Source of the DNA: Carcharhinus amblyrhynchos
Taxonomy: Eukaryota
DNA: 64,000 nucleotides
Reading direction: 5' to 3'
NCBI GenBank assembly: GCA_965287045.1
Contig: OZ336875.1
Span: forward strand, 49,910,001 to 49,974,000
Below are positions 10,901-25,900 of this stretch, in pieces. The first letter of the stretch is position 1. Every line of letters begins with the position of its first letter. Both the position numbers and the translations under genes were made by a program. Under the pieces are notes generated by a model. That model made no database searches, was not told the origin of the DNA, and saw only the letters and a list, made by a program, of their open reading frames with translations.

Positions 10901-13900
10901 GAAGGCTCTGTAGTTGCATTCTTTCCCTCCATTCCATCTGCTCTTCACAGTTTTGTATAGGCTTCAAAGGCCTAACAGGAATCAAAGTTACTTTGTAGAC
11001 CCTTTCACCATCTGGCAGTTTCTCAGTCATCTACAGTGTCACTCAGAAAGTTCCCTCTACATTGTGCATCAGGTCTTCTCTGGTCGTGAGTATCAGATGC
11101 ATGATTCCTGTGGGTTTATTCCTCAACATAAGTCAGTGTGTTTCATAGGTATTACACAAAAAATAAAGTTCAACAGTTCTGAGCTAGCTCATTAAAACCA
11201 GCATCCTGCTGTGTTTGGACACATCGGCCCGAACTCTACCACCTTGCCCGCCCTGGAATTGGCACAGGCGAGGATCCCACAATGGAAATCTTCGTTGACC
11301 TCAGGCAGGCTCTTACAGTCTTGCCAAGTGAGGCCATAAAATTCCACCCATTGTGTTTTACCCATGATTAAAATTTCCTCCTTCCTTGTATGCGTGGATA
11401 CCAGTTTGTTCAGCTGTGGGCCCTAGCCGTATGCCCCCATCTCTGAGGTCCATGGGTCTTTGGTCCTTCAACTGTTGTTTGCTGGGCTGCTGCTGAATTG
11501 ATTACACTGCTGTTCAGTGATGCACACTCTCTCTTTCTCTCTGCTCTGTCTGTGACAGGCTCAGTCCCAGTGGCTACATGGTTGTGATATCTGTCATTGT
11601 AACAGTGGAACTGTGGAGTGTCATCCCAAGCCCTGCTCTCCTCCCACTTCCTGCCCGGCACAGTCCATCTGGTCCCGGCCTGATGGAGAATGCTGTATGA
11701 GCTGTGTGCCCAAACCAAAACCAAGTAAGTCCTTGTCAGATACATCAAACTGATCCTTTGAGGCTGGAATATTGGTGCATTAAATGGGCACAACTCTCAT
11801 TGTACCCAAGTGTTGCTGGTCTGTTTGTTTATTTAGCAAATGCAAATCCCTGCGTCCAAGTTATTGTTTCCTCATTTGCTGAGCTGAAGGTGAATACTCT
11901 GCCATCTAGTCTGCAGGGAGACTCCTTGGTAATGTGCAATGTTCTTTGTGTCTTTCCACAAGTGGGGTTTGTACTGAGGCCCCAGCGACGAAGGTTGGCT
12001 GCACAGTCCGTGACCTGTCCTGAATCTGTTTAGCAAGGACCGCTGTCGCCATGGCAATTCAAAGCCTGCCATTCGACAAAGTCACAAAGAACTTGCCTTC
12101 CTGTGTATCCAATCCTTTGATCCGGAGGATGTCTGCTCTGTATAAGGGACTGAGATGGGGGGGGGGGGTGGGAAATAGGTGGGTTGAACAGGTCATCATG
12201 GAGTGGGTTTTTGCTCAGATAGGGCTGTGGCTCAGGTGGGACTCTACTCTGTGAAGGTGCTGGCCTGCTTTTTGTTTTATTCATTCGAAGGACCTGGGCA
12301 TTACTGACTGGCCAGCATTTGTTGCCCGTGAACTGAGTGGCTTGCTGGGCTTTTTCAGAGGGCATTTGAGAGCCAACCACATTGCTGTGGGTCTGGAGTC
12401 ACATGTAGGCCTCCCTCTGGAGACTACATGTGACTCCAGACCCACAGGACGGCCGATTTCCTTCCCTAAAGACATCAGTGAACCAGATGGTTTTTTTCTG
12501 ACAATCGGCAATGGTTTTATAGCATCAGTAGATTCATAATTCCAGATTTCTTTTACTGAATTCAAATTCCACCATCTGCCGTGGTGGTATTCGAACCTAG
12601 GTCCCCAGAACGTTAGCTGAGTTTCTGGATTAATAGTCTAGTGATAATACCACTAGTCCATCACCTCCCCTCATGGTTGCTGCTCTCATTATTTAAGCTG
12701 TTTGAGTGGTTCAGTAGAATGCTGGGCTCTTGAGGAATTAGCCAGATTCCCTGTGGGTACTGATCTGGTCCTGATGAGGTGCATTGTCCTGCTTCTGTTT
12801 GGATGTAGAATCTAGTTCTTGCTGAGGTCATGAGTTAGTTGTCTTGCAGTGCTGTTTTGTTCTGGTCTGTCGCTGTGTGTGATAGTCTACCTTTTGTTGT
12901 GATAAAGATTCTGGCTCTGTTTGGCGTGGTCCTATTGGGCATTTTTCTGGTTCTGTTTGAGCACCATGTTAGCTCTGTTGGGCAATGGATTAATCCTGTT
13001 GGTAAATGGGCCTTAGTTTGTTGGAGTTTGAGTCTAGTTTTCTTGGTGTGGTGCGTGTATCTGATGCTTGGTAATGTGGACACTAGTATCTGGTACCCAG
13101 ACGTATTGTTTATGACCCTGGCTGTACCTCTAAGATGTGGAGATGCCAGCATTGTACTCTAAGACACATTGGTTGTCCTTTATATGGAGACAGCTGTGTA
13201 TGTCTGTGCGAGTCTGCTCCAGTATCCTTGTCATTGAGTGGAATTTTCAGGGTGAGCAGGTGAGCATTTTCTACAGCTCTATAATTAAAAGAAGTCTGTT
13301 CACAAAGAACAGACACTACAAATAAAAACAGGAAATGCAGGAAAAACTCAGTTTGGCAGCATCTGTTTTGAGTCCAATATGACTCTTCAGAACTACAGTA
13401 AGGGAGAAATATATGGAAAACTGGCTGGGGCTATCTCATGACTTCACAAAGTAAAAATGGGATTGTGCCTGTAGACGAGAAAGTTCATGTAGACAAGGAG
13501 TTAAATGTTGGCTTCAGCACCGCTGATCCAGGGAAGGTTAAAAGCAGCAGGGCTTTCTGCTCCTAATCACTATCCAATGACTCTGCCGGCAATTGCCCAT
13601 CCAGACATTTTTTAAAAGCAGGATTGAGTTTGTATCAGTTCTCCCTATGGGTGAATATCCTACTCGCAGAGGTCCCACCCTGAAGAATGACCACTTAGCA
13701 AGGTTGCTGGTGCTCTATGTATCAACAAAGGCTGACATCCCCAAGAGCAATAGATAAACAGCGATGATTTGATAAATGCTCCATTACCATGAGATGCCGG
13801 TCTAGAGTGCATTCGATACTGATAGAAAGTTGTAGGAGCGTACTGTGATTTCTCCACAAATGTTCCCAGCATTTGAGGCTTCCAGTCAACAGTGAATATC

Positions 13901-16900
13901 CATAAATTTAGTCTTCAGGTTTAACCTAGCTCCGTGGCAGTTCTTCCAGCTGAGTCAGAAATGAATGGTTTGAAGCCCCAGTCCAGACTTGAGTACATAA
14001 TCCAGGCTGTCATTTCCGTGTAGTACTGACAGTGTGATGCACTGTTGTAGTGCCGTCTTTCAAGTGGGATGCTAAACCAGTACCCTGTTTTATGGATGTA
14101 AAAAAGAATCCCATCACTCCAGTGTTCTGGCCAAAATTTGACAAACAAATTAACTGGTCTTCTATCTCATTTGCCTAAGCAAGCACCGTGACTACACCAA
14201 ATATGTAACAGTAAATCATTGGGTGTGAAATTTTCCCTGAAGATACTGTGAAGTGAATAGCATAAATATAAAATTATGCTGTGTGGCACAGGACTTAGCA
14301 CTGCTGCCTCCCAGCTCCAGGGACCTGGGTTCAATTCTTGTCTTGGGTAACTGTCTGTGTGCAGTTTGCACATTCTACCAGTGTCTGCATGGGTTTCCTC
14401 CAGGTTCTCCTCCCATTTTCCAAGGACGTGCAGATCAGGTGGATTGGCTGTGCTAAATTGCCCCTTCGTGTGCCAAGATGTGTAGGTTAGATCAACTATC
14501 CATGATAAATGTGTGGGGATATGGGGATAGGGTGGGGGAGAGGGCCTGGGTAAGATACTCTGTCAGAGAGTCTATGCAGTCTTGATGGGCTGAATGGCCA
14601 CCTTCTGCAATGTAGGTATGCAATTCACTCTGTTTATATAATGTTCCTGAATTGTTCATTGTACTGCTGTCTTCCTGCAGAGGGAGCATCCTGCACTGTG
14701 TTTGGAGAGTCGCACCATGTGACCTTTGATGGGCTTTTCTATGACTTCCGTGGAACCTGTGCCTATCTGTTAGCCCAGGATTGTGAGTCAAATCATTTCG
14801 ATGTAAGTACAGATTTCATGGTGGTTGAGCTGTGTTTTGATTCGGTCAATCTTGAGCTATCCAAGTTGACTGAAGGGGTGGGGAAAACAATCTTCGTTCC
14901 TCTTTGAGCTTACAATGAAGGTGAGGCAACACATTCCAGTAATGAGGGGACTCTGTCATCTGTGGTTGGGTTTAGTACCACAAAATTAGGTGCTGGTGTC
15001 AACAAACCAGCAGAAGACAGATTCCAATGTCACGTCTCGAGAGGGAGAAACAATGTCCTGCATTAGTCCATCATTCACTGGTCAATGAGGGTGAATGAGA
15101 GGGAGAGGCTGTATACCATTCTTGTCAGATATTGGAAATTAGGCTGCGTGTGGATCGCAGACACATCCCTCCTGGCAAGGCATCAGAAAACAGCACAGAT
15201 TTATAAAATCACCCTGAAAATCTTTGAAATTTTCACACAGTGATTTGAAAACTTTTACTTTTATTGGACTAATAATCCAGAAAGCCAGGCTAATGATCTG
15301 CCGACACAGGTGTGGCCTATATGTGATTCCAGACGCACAGCAATGTGGTTGACTCTTAATTGTCCTCTGAAGTAGTCTAGTGAGCAACTGAAATTAAGGG
15401 CTATTAGGGATGGCCTTGCCAGCAATACCCATATCCCATGAAAGAACAAATTTTAAGAATGGACATGGCAGCATCTACAATATCTATCAACAGCGTACCT
15501 ACACATCTCCACCAACCTCCTGGGGGTGTAGTTAATACAGAAGAGAACAGTGAGAAAATGCAGGAAAACATTAGTAAACTTATAAAATATGCATGCAATT
15601 GGCAAATCAATTTAAAGACAAAGTTATATGTCTTGGTTGGAAGATTAAGTAGGCCACACATTCCTTGGAAAATGAGGAACGGAAGGGGTCTGAGAACAGA
15701 GAGATCTAGAGCGCAGGCGCACACATCGATTAAAGTGATAAAATTTTCTTTTAAGAAAGCAAACAAAAATATTGAGATTTACTTCAAGAAGAGTAGAATT
15801 AACAGCAGACAGGATATGCTAACCTTGGTTAGGTTGCCTGGAGTCATGTAAAGAGTTCAAATCTCCATGTTATAATGATACTGTGATAACATTGGAGAAA
15901 GGGCAAGAAAGTTGGCTAGAATGACACCTGAAGTAAGTTGTACCTTTTCTGGTAAGACTGAACAGGTGGACCTCTCTCCTCTAAAGAAAAGACTAGAATG
16001 CATTATTGTTATGAAAAAGACGGAGGGGATAAACGTGGAGAAGATGTTTCCACTTGCATGCAAGGCCAGTAGTAAGAGTCATAAGTATAAAATAGCCACT
16101 AATATCTCCAATGGGGAATTTAGGAGAAATTTTTCACCCAGAGAGTGGTCAGAATTTGGAATTTCCTACCACAGTATGTAGCTGAGGCAAGGAGCATAGA
16201 TGCATTTATACAGGAACACCACAACATGGATAAACGTCAGACGGCAGAAAGGAACAGAAGGATCATGTGGGAAGCATGAAATGAAAAAGAGTGGAAGATG
16301 CTCCTGTCGGACATAAACATGGACCTGCTGGGCTGAATGCCTGTTTACGTGCTTTGAATGCTATGTGACATTATTATAACCTCCAGATGAATCTGCTTGA
16401 CTTCAAATGGAGCTTTTCCCCATATCCATTGTGTTGCCTAACAAATCCTTTCCCCACTGTGGTCAAAATCTTTGTCCAGGCTGGTTCTCCTATCAAGCCC
16501 ACCTCCAGCTTCCACAATGAAAATACATTCAGAATATCATGGCAAACATCCTTTCTGACACAAAGTCCTGAATGCCAATTATCTTTCCTCATCAAGCTTT
16601 ACTAGATGCTGGTGCTCAACTGAATTACTAAACAAAATCCTTATCCTCTTTTCTGGACCCCTCACCCACTTCACAAAACTTTAAGTGATCTTCTCCAGCT
16701 GTGTGAATCCTATCCATGGATCTGAATGCTGCCATTGCTGAAACAAAATGTCAAGGATTAGAGATTTGATTTGGATTTATTTGATTTATTTTTGTCACGT
16801 GTTGGTATATGTGCTAAACAGACAAAGCATATCATTCATAGAGAAGGAAAGGAGAGGGTGCAGAATATCGTGTTACAGTCACAGCTAAGGTGTAGAGAAA

Positions 16901-19900
16901 GGTCAACTTAACATAAGGTAGGTCCATTCAAAAGTTTGATGGCAGCAGGGAAGAAGTTGTTCTCAAGTCGGTCGGTACGTGACCTCAGACTTCTATATGA
17001 CTGGTGTGGCATTGGTTACCCATTATACCCCATTGCAGTCAATGGATTCTAAATCGGGTGGGATGTGGAAGAGCTGGCAAATAAAATATTTCCCTTTTGC
17101 ATTAAGAGCCAAGCTGAATTTCAACTCCAGGTATCTGAAAGTATTTTGTTTGCATTGTGAAAAGTGAGAGCTGAGAATTTGTTGGTTTGATTTGGTCCAG
17201 TACACTAATGCAATCATGAGAAGCAGACTTGAAGTCATCATTAATTATTATTGTCAGGCATCTTTGGACAAGTTGCCCACCTCAAAGACAACATCTCTGT
17301 ACACTGGGCATTGGAGATTGTAATTGGTATAAGGAAGGGATACCCACCTGCTCCAGATCAGAGGCTGCAGTATGGTTGTTTTCTATTAAACCGAAGATAG
17401 TGGAACACTCTGACGCTTGTATGAAGCTATACATTGTGTTTTGGACAGGTGATGTTTGGGCGACGTGGTGACAGTGGTTAGCACTTCTGCCTCACAATGC
17501 CAGGAACCCGGGTTCCATTCCGGCCTCTGGTAATTGCCTGCGTGGAGTTTGCATGTTCTCCCTGTGTCAGTGTGGGTTTCCCCCTGGTGCTCCGGTTTCC
17601 TCCCACAGTCCAAAGATGTGTGGGTCAGGTTGATTGGCCATGCTAAATTGCCCCTAAGTGTCAGGGAGATTAACAGAGTAAAATATGCGGCATTCCAGCT
17701 GGGTGGGATTGTTGTTGGTGCAGGCGCGATGGGCCGAATGACCTCTTCCTGTAATGTAGGGTTTCTGTGATTCTATTCTATGATTGGAACAGTACAGATC
17801 TCTATTGCCATGAGTACAGTTACTTGCTTAGTTGTTACACCTCCAAGAACAGTTCCATTTCAAATTTTTCCAATCCTCTCACCATGAGCCCCTTCACCCA
17901 ACCATACCACCTTCCCTTGGCCAACCTTTCCAGACATGAACCCAGGCCCTAGCTTTGGTTCCACTCCCAATAACTGCATCCACATCCAGCTCAGAGGCCT
18001 GTCCTTGCACCGACCCTTAGTTCCAAGCCACCTTCTTCAAATAGATGGAACAGCCGAAAACTGACTCAGCCCCAGTGCAGAAATAAACCGCTACTTCAGT
18101 TGTCTTCCAGTGATGAGCATACATGCAAATTAAATTTGAGAACCCACACAGAGTAAGTCCTGGTTGAATTCTAATAACAATTTGTTTTCCTCAGGTAGTT
18201 TACCAGAATAACTGGAATGACAATTCCACTGAGCCTGGGACAAAGGCTCTGATTGTACGGATTGAAAATACAACCTTTGAGCTTTCGGATAGGAGCGGAG
18301 TTCGAGTGAACAACACGGATGTGGACCTTCCTTACTTTGATGCTGCAGATATCTCCATTCAGCATTCAGGTATGCAGCTTCCTCAGTGGAGGAATAAGCG
18401 CGGTTAGAGAGGTGGCAGCTCTCAGATATCTCATTCAACTCATTTTAAACCTTATCCAATGCAGTGCGGAAAAGGGGAATTGTCCAAAGATGTGCGGGTT
18501 AGGTTGAATGGCCATGCTAAATTGACCCTAGTGTCAGGGGAATTAGCAGAGTAAATATGTGGAATTACGGGAATAGGGCCTGGACGGGAATGTGGTCGGT
18601 GCAGCCTCAAATGGGCCAAATGGCCTCCTTCTGCACTGTAGGGATTCTATGATGAAATATGAGGTGATGGAATTATGGGGATGGGGTGGCGGGTGGGGAC
18701 TTGTGTAAGATTTTTTTTGTAGAGTCTGTGCAGACACAATGGGCCGAATGGATTCTATGATTCTTCCACCTCCTGCTATGTATCAGTGAGTAACTTCAAT
18801 GTATCAGTTGTGTCACACATTTGGTGGCAGCTGTTGACTTGGTGTGTTAACCAGTCATCTGTTTTAACACATTCTTTTGAATGTAAGCACTGTCGTGGTG
18901 AAGGAAAGCTGACAGCCAATTAGTGGACAGCTCCCACAAAGAGCAATGTGATAACGCTGAGACAACCTGTATTTGTGCTGGTGATTGAGGGATGAATAAT
19001 GACCTAGTCAGTAAGAGGAAACCTTCTGTTGTTAGAAAGAGTGCCATGGGATTATTCACATCCACCAGAGAGGACAGGTGGACCCTTGGTTTAACATCTC
19101 ATTTGAGAGAGAGCACCTCTGACAGTGCAGCCCTCACTCAGTGCTGCACCAAAGTGTCAGCTTTGATTTTTGTGCTCAAAGGGCACGGGGTGGGACTTGA
19201 ACCCAACATTTCCTGACCCAGCAATAAGAGTGCAACCAACTGAGCCAGGGCTTATACGTAGCTCAGGTTCAAATTCTACTCCAGATACTCAGGGACATAA
19301 CCCACGCTAACACTTTAGTACTGAAAGAATGCTGCCAGACAGAAAAGAAAGAATGGTTTACATTTATGTAGTGCCCAGATGTCCCAGAATGCTTTATAAC
19401 GGATCAAGTATTTATGAAGTATAATTACTTTTGATGAAGAATGTGGGTGAGCTTCTGGCACATTGGTAGTCTATCTGACTCCAAGTCAGGAGGTTGCATG
19501 TTCAAACCACATCAGGCTTGCAAAGTTTTTCTTGGTTCTGGTTCCTGGATTTTAACAGTGGCACAGTGGTTAGCACTGCTGTCTCACAGCCCCAGGGACC
19601 CAAGTTCGATTGCAGCCTTGGGTGACTGCCTTTGTGGAGTCTGCACATTCTCCCCATGTCTGCATGGGTTTCCTCTGGGTGCTCCAGTTTCCTCCCACAG
19701 TCTAAAGATGTGCAGGGAAGCAAGGTTACTTGAATAGGATGGTGAGAGTCGGTGCAGACTCGATGGGCCAAATGGCTTCCATCTTCACTGTAGGGATTCT
19801 GTGGTTCTATGGAGATGTTAACTGAGGCCCCATCTGCGCCCTTGTGTATATGAAACATCCCGTGGCATAATTAGATAAAGAGTAGAGGGGTTTCTCTCAA

Positions 19901-22900
19901 TGGTCTGCCCAAAATAAATCCTTCAAACAAACCTAAAACAGATTATCTGCTCATTATTACACTGGATGCTTTCAGTGGGAGCTTTCTGCACTCAAAATGG
20001 CTGCTGTATTTCTTACAGTACAATAATGACTACGTTTCAAATGTACTTCATTGATTTTGAGGCACTTTGGGACTTCCTGGAGAAATGAAAGGTGCTATAT
20101 AAATGCAAGTCTTTGTCCTTTTTCCAGCACCCACTCTGTATTACAATTGTTGATGCTCTAATCCACACTTGCATCACTTAAGGACTGATGTCTCAAGTGC
20201 CTCCTTGCTGGCTTTTCTGGCTCCATGTTGCATGATCTCCTGAATTCATACTCGCAAATCTTCTGTGGAACATCTATCACCTCCATCCTTACTAACCTCT
20301 GCTTCCCTCTGCCCAGCATATTGATTTCTAAGAAAAATTGTCCTAATTTTCAAATGTCTATGCAACCTGACTGTACCCAATTCAAGTGATCTTCACATAT
20401 CCCAGTCTGAGCTCCCAATTCCTCCTCAGATCTCCCATTTATTTTGTGAAGATAACTAAGCTGTATTGATCTTGGTCCTTGACAGATATGTTCACCTAAT
20501 GAATGTGAATAAACAGCACAATTTTCTTTTACATGAACCTCACTGAGTAGAACTATAATGGCTTGTTTGAGAAGCCATTTTCAGCTGTGAACAACCCTGT
20601 ACTAAGCCTCTTATATTTTCTAATAATTTTATCAGTCAGTATCCAGCCCTAAACATTATATTATTTAATCACTAATTTCCATGCTTCTATGCCATCATTT
20701 CTCTGAGCAAAATTAAATCTCACGCAAGTAGTTGGCACATCCACAAAGCAGGGATCTGGATCCTTGCAGGGCTAGTTTGTTGTTGGTGTTGGAGAGGTTT
20801 CCAACTAATTTGGTGGAGTAGGGAAAGCAGGGTGCAGCATTAAATAAGCTGCAAAAAAGGATTGGAAAAGATAGGTAGCACCGAGATACTAAATGGGTGC
20901 TTTGCATGTGTTTTTACCAAGGAAGAATGCGTTGTCAAAGTCATAGTGAAAGAGGAGATATTACAATGACTGACTGTACCTAACATGGATAAGATATCAG
21001 AATCAATTGGAGGATGCTGAGAGCAGTGAGGCTGAAAGTTGCAGTGATACTAGCCATAATCTTCCTGTCTTCCATTGATATATGAGTGATGACAGAAGGC
21101 ATTCAACAAGATGCCGCACAAAAGGTTGCTGCATAACACAAAGGTGCATGGTATTACGGGTAATGTATTAGCATGAATAGGGGATTGGTTAACTAATAGA
21201 AAGCATAGAGTGAGGGTAAATGGGTGTTTTTCTTGTTGGCGATCAGTGATTAGTGGTGTGCCCCAGGGATCAGTGTTAGGACCACAAATTGTTTACGATT
21301 TACATAGGTGCTGTGGAGTTGGGGACCTAGTGTAGTGTGTCAAAATTTGCAGATGACAGCAAAATGAGTGGCAGAGCAAAGTGTGTAGAGGACGCTGCAG
21401 AGGGATACAGATAGTCTAAGTGAGTGGGCAAGGGTCTGGCATTTGGAGTACAGTGTTGGTAAATATGAGGTCATCCAAGTTGTCAGGAATAAGATCAAAA
21501 TGGACTATTATTTAAAGGGTAAAAACTTGCAGCATGCTGCTGTGCAGAGGGATCTCGGTGTCCTTGTGCATAAATCACAAAAAATGATTTGCAAGTGCAG
21601 CAGATAATTAAGAAGGCAAATGGAACTTTGTCCTTCATTTCTAGAGGTACGGGATTTAAAAACGTGGAGGTTACGTTGTAGTTGTGTAAGGGGCTGGTGA
21701 GGCCACACTTGGAGTACTGAGTACAGTTTTGGTCTCCTTACTTGAGAAAGGATGTACAGGTACTGGACGGGGTGCAGAGGAGATTCACAAGGTCGATTCT
21801 GGAGTTGAGAGGGTTGGCTTATGAGCAGAGGCTGAGTAGACAAGGACTATACTCATTGAATTTAGATGAATGAGGGGGGATCTTACAGAAACATATAAAA
21901 TTGTGAAGACAATAGATTGTTTCCACTAGCAGGTAAACTGGAACTAGGGGGCATAGCCTCAAAATAAGGGGGAGTGGATTTAGAACTGAATTGAGGAGGA
22001 ATTTCTTCACACAAAGGGATATGAATCTGGAATTCTCTGCCTAGTGAAGCAGTTGATGGTACCTCATTGAATGTTTTTAAAGTAAAGATAGATTTTTGAA
22101 TAATAAAGGAATTCGGGGTTATGGTGGGCAGAAGGTAAGTGGAGCTGAGTTCACGAAAAGATCAGCCATGAACTTATTGAATGGTAGAGCATGCTCAAGG
22201 GGCTAGCTGGCGTACTCATGCTCCTAGTTCTTATGTTCTTAATAACATATGGGGAGCAGGCAATGGGAAAATGAGGCAAATCAGTCATGATCATATTGAA
22301 TAGTGGAGCAAGCACGAGGGGCCATATGGCCTATTCCTGTTCCTATTTCTTATGTTCCCATTAACTTGACATAGGAAGCATAACCAAGTGTTCCCTGCCT
22401 TTGGAAAGCCCTGCAGATTTGCTATATTTACCAATCCTCTGCTCCCTGCACTGAGAGGGTATACAAGGTGACAGCAATATCCAGCTAAGTTACTCTCGGT
22501 TAATGGTTTCTGGTGTTTCTTTTGAACAGGACTCTATGCAATTCTGAAGTTGCCAGAAGGTCTTAGCATCACCTGGGATGGGAAAGGTTTTGTAGAAATC
22601 AATGTCCCTGAATCGTTGCAATCAAGAATGTGTGGACTTTGTGGCAATTTTAATGGAAACTCGTCAGATGATTTTGTGTAAGTGCTGGAATGCATGTTCA
22701 TGTCTCAGAACAGTGAAGCTGAGACATTTGAACATCTGGGGGAGTGGTGGGGGGTGCTGGGTAATTCTAACCAAATTTGCCTGAACAGAATCCCACAGGA
22801 TCTGTGGAATGCTGGTTTTACATCCCATTCAATATTGCTGTCTGTTGCCATCAATGCAGAGTAATAACAGACTGGGCGGCGTGTTGCTTTTAAACTTAAT

Positions 22901-25900
22901 GTTGTCAGTTCCAGATGGGTGGCTTCGATTGAAATTGTTCTCCCAGTCCCTGGGATAATTCAAGCCTTGTGCCACTTGTTCTCACAACTCCGTCTCTTGC
23001 TGCTGTTGTCTCCTGCTGTAACTTAAGGGAAATGCTTACTTTACATCAGTTGCTTACTTTGATCATCCCAGAGCAGCTCACATTTTTGTTTCATCCATTG
23101 TCAAATTATGTTTGATAATGTAACAGTGGCAGAATGGCTAATTTTCCACGTAAAAAGGTTGTGCTCACTGGACATGTGCTTGGAGTGCCTATTGCTGACC
23201 ATTGTTGCCTTGTACACTGTCTTCCCCACTAGGAATACAGGCTGAGGAACTGGCTCTATAATCTTGTCTAGTCTTCAAACTTAGCTTCAACTTTGCAATC
23301 ATCCAGCTTGTAGGATATCAGTGCTTTGATAAAAGATTTTCCTTCAATTCCATCCAGTGTTGGCATCAGGCATTTCCATCTTAACAATAAAAACTCTCTA
23401 CATTGTCCCATGAAAAGTACTCTGATGTAGAGCAGATTAAATACAAGGTCATAAAAGTTCCTTTGGTTGCAGTCCCAGTGCATTGTGCCAAACAGTTCTC
23501 CAAAGCTGACCCCACTGGAGTTTGTGGGGTCAGTAGGAGACTGCCTTATTTACTTGCAACAGCTCGGCTCATCTCCAGCATCCGCCTACCCATTCTAAGC
23601 AGAAACTCTGGTCATCCTCCCACTGACTCCTGGAGCAAGAGACCTTAAGTACAAAGTTAGCTGGACTCTACCATTGAGGTCCATGTGTGGCCACATGTGG
23701 GAGGCATTGCGCCTCCACTTACTCAGTGCACTGGCCTGCGCCAATACACCAGTATTGGACCTGCCACAATAGAGAGCTCCTACCCAAAGCTGTCCCCACT
23801 GGTCATCATTCACCACCGGGTCTTCTCTCTTTTTTGGGAAAGAAAAGAACTGGCTGTCCAAAGTAAAAAAAAACTAAACATATACTAGCACCCGATCCAG
23901 CAGCGCTGACAGGACAGTGTACAGGGAGCTTTATTCTGCATCGACCTTCTGTTACACTTGACCTGCTACAGCTGGTTTGAAATGAATAAGTGCAATCCAC
24001 TGCCACGTTGCTTTCCTTTTGTAAAAATGTAAAAACTCCCCAAAAGGCAGAACAACCACACAAAGGCAATATTGACGTTCCTTTCACTGGAAACTGGAAT
24101 TTTCATAGCAATTTTTAAATTAAATTACTAGTTTCAGGTCCATACAGTGAAGTTGCATGAGTTAAAGGCCACTAACGATGGATTGCTTCTCTGTGACAGG
24201 TTGCCGGGTGGCGAAGAGGTTTTGTCACCCATTGAGTTTGGAAATAACTGGCTCATCAGAATGAACAAAGACAGCCCGTGCGGTGTCAAAGATACTGAGG
24301 AGCCATGCAATGATACAATACTTGCTGACATCCAATCAGCAAACAGCACTTGCAGCATTATCATGGTAAATGTGGTGAAATTAATTATTATTGTGATTTT
24401 AATACCAGAAGCTTGCTTTAGGAGCTTGGCCTGCCCAAAGCGGAAGGGAATCCGTGCCCAATCTCCCAATACTTGTGAGCTCATTCCTTTTCAACAGCTA
24501 AGCTTGCTAATATTGAGATTGTACCAGAGGGGAGAAGGGGAAGGAAGAGAGAGAGTGTGTGTGTGGGTGTACACATGTGGGTGTGTACATGTATGTACAT
24601 GTGTAGGTGTGTGTGTCTCTTTGTCTCTGAGAGCCAGGAAGAGGCCTTGCTGAGATTGGGGTGCCATTTTTAAAGGTGCCCTGATCAAAACAGAAACCTT
24701 ACTTACGACCTTCCACGATCATGCGCGCCATCCTCATCCCTGCCCATCATCACCATCCCCATCCTTTCATCATCACTGACATTCACATGCCCCTTTATTG
24801 CCTGCTTTCCCCTCTCCACCAGTATAAACAGGAGAGGCTCTCCCAAGGGCCCGTCCCTTGAACTGCCCAACTGCCGTCTGGCATAGGATGGCACTGCCAG
24901 GTTGGCACAAAACTAGTACAGCTAAACTGGCAGTGCTAGCCTTTGCCGGGGGCACTGCCAGGATACTGCCTGGCCATGTTCCTTTTCCCCGGGGGCTATT
25001 CTCACCCTTGCTCCACTGGGAGGGATCCCCTTGACAGGTTCATGTCTAGGTGAACCTGTTGTAAACCTTCCTGATGTGCTGTCATATTGGAGAGATATTT
25101 TAGTGAGGGAGGGATTAATTTGGTAAGGGGAGTGGATAAATAGCTGCTAATTTATTCAAATTATAATGGGCATGAACCTGATTACATCACCGATGAGGGG
25201 GTGGGGAAATCGTTAATTGTGATCGCACTGGCTAGATTTGCAACTTGCAGGTTTTGCTGGATATTGAGAGCACACACTCTCCAGTGATCTCTCAGGCAGG
25301 AGAGTGCAGGCTCAAGGTCCTGGCTGGGGAGTGTCTGCGTATGTGTGCAGGAGAGAATGACAGTTTTGGAGAGTGGCGAGGTGAGGGAGAGTCTGTCTTA
25401 CTGTCAGTCTCAGGTTTCTCGCGTGCTCTCTCTCTCATTGCCACACACCAACACTTAAACACACCCACTCATAGTGGATGAGTGAATGAGTACTCTGAGA
25501 CTGGGAGTGAGCCTGGCGTGCGCACACACACACACACACACACACTGACCCTCTCACACTCTAGTCATTTTTATTAATTACTCTTTTTTTTAAACTTAAC
25601 TATTTATTGCTCTGACATTGCTTTATCATTACTCAGCAATTGTGTATTTTCATGATACCTCAATTTTCAGAAAAATCAGTTTAATGTAGTGCAAAAGCTA
25701 ATATTTCCAAAATTTGCTCTTCAACCCCTTGAATGAGAAACAGAATATCTAAATGTGCCCCTTCACCACAACACTCCCCTTGCAGTGATGTCTCTGTACT
25801 TGGCTCTGAGTCATCAGTTTGACTTAAATGATCTACACTGTACTTGATTAATTATCAAACTAACATAATTGACCACAGAAAAATTGAGAATTGCTCTGCA

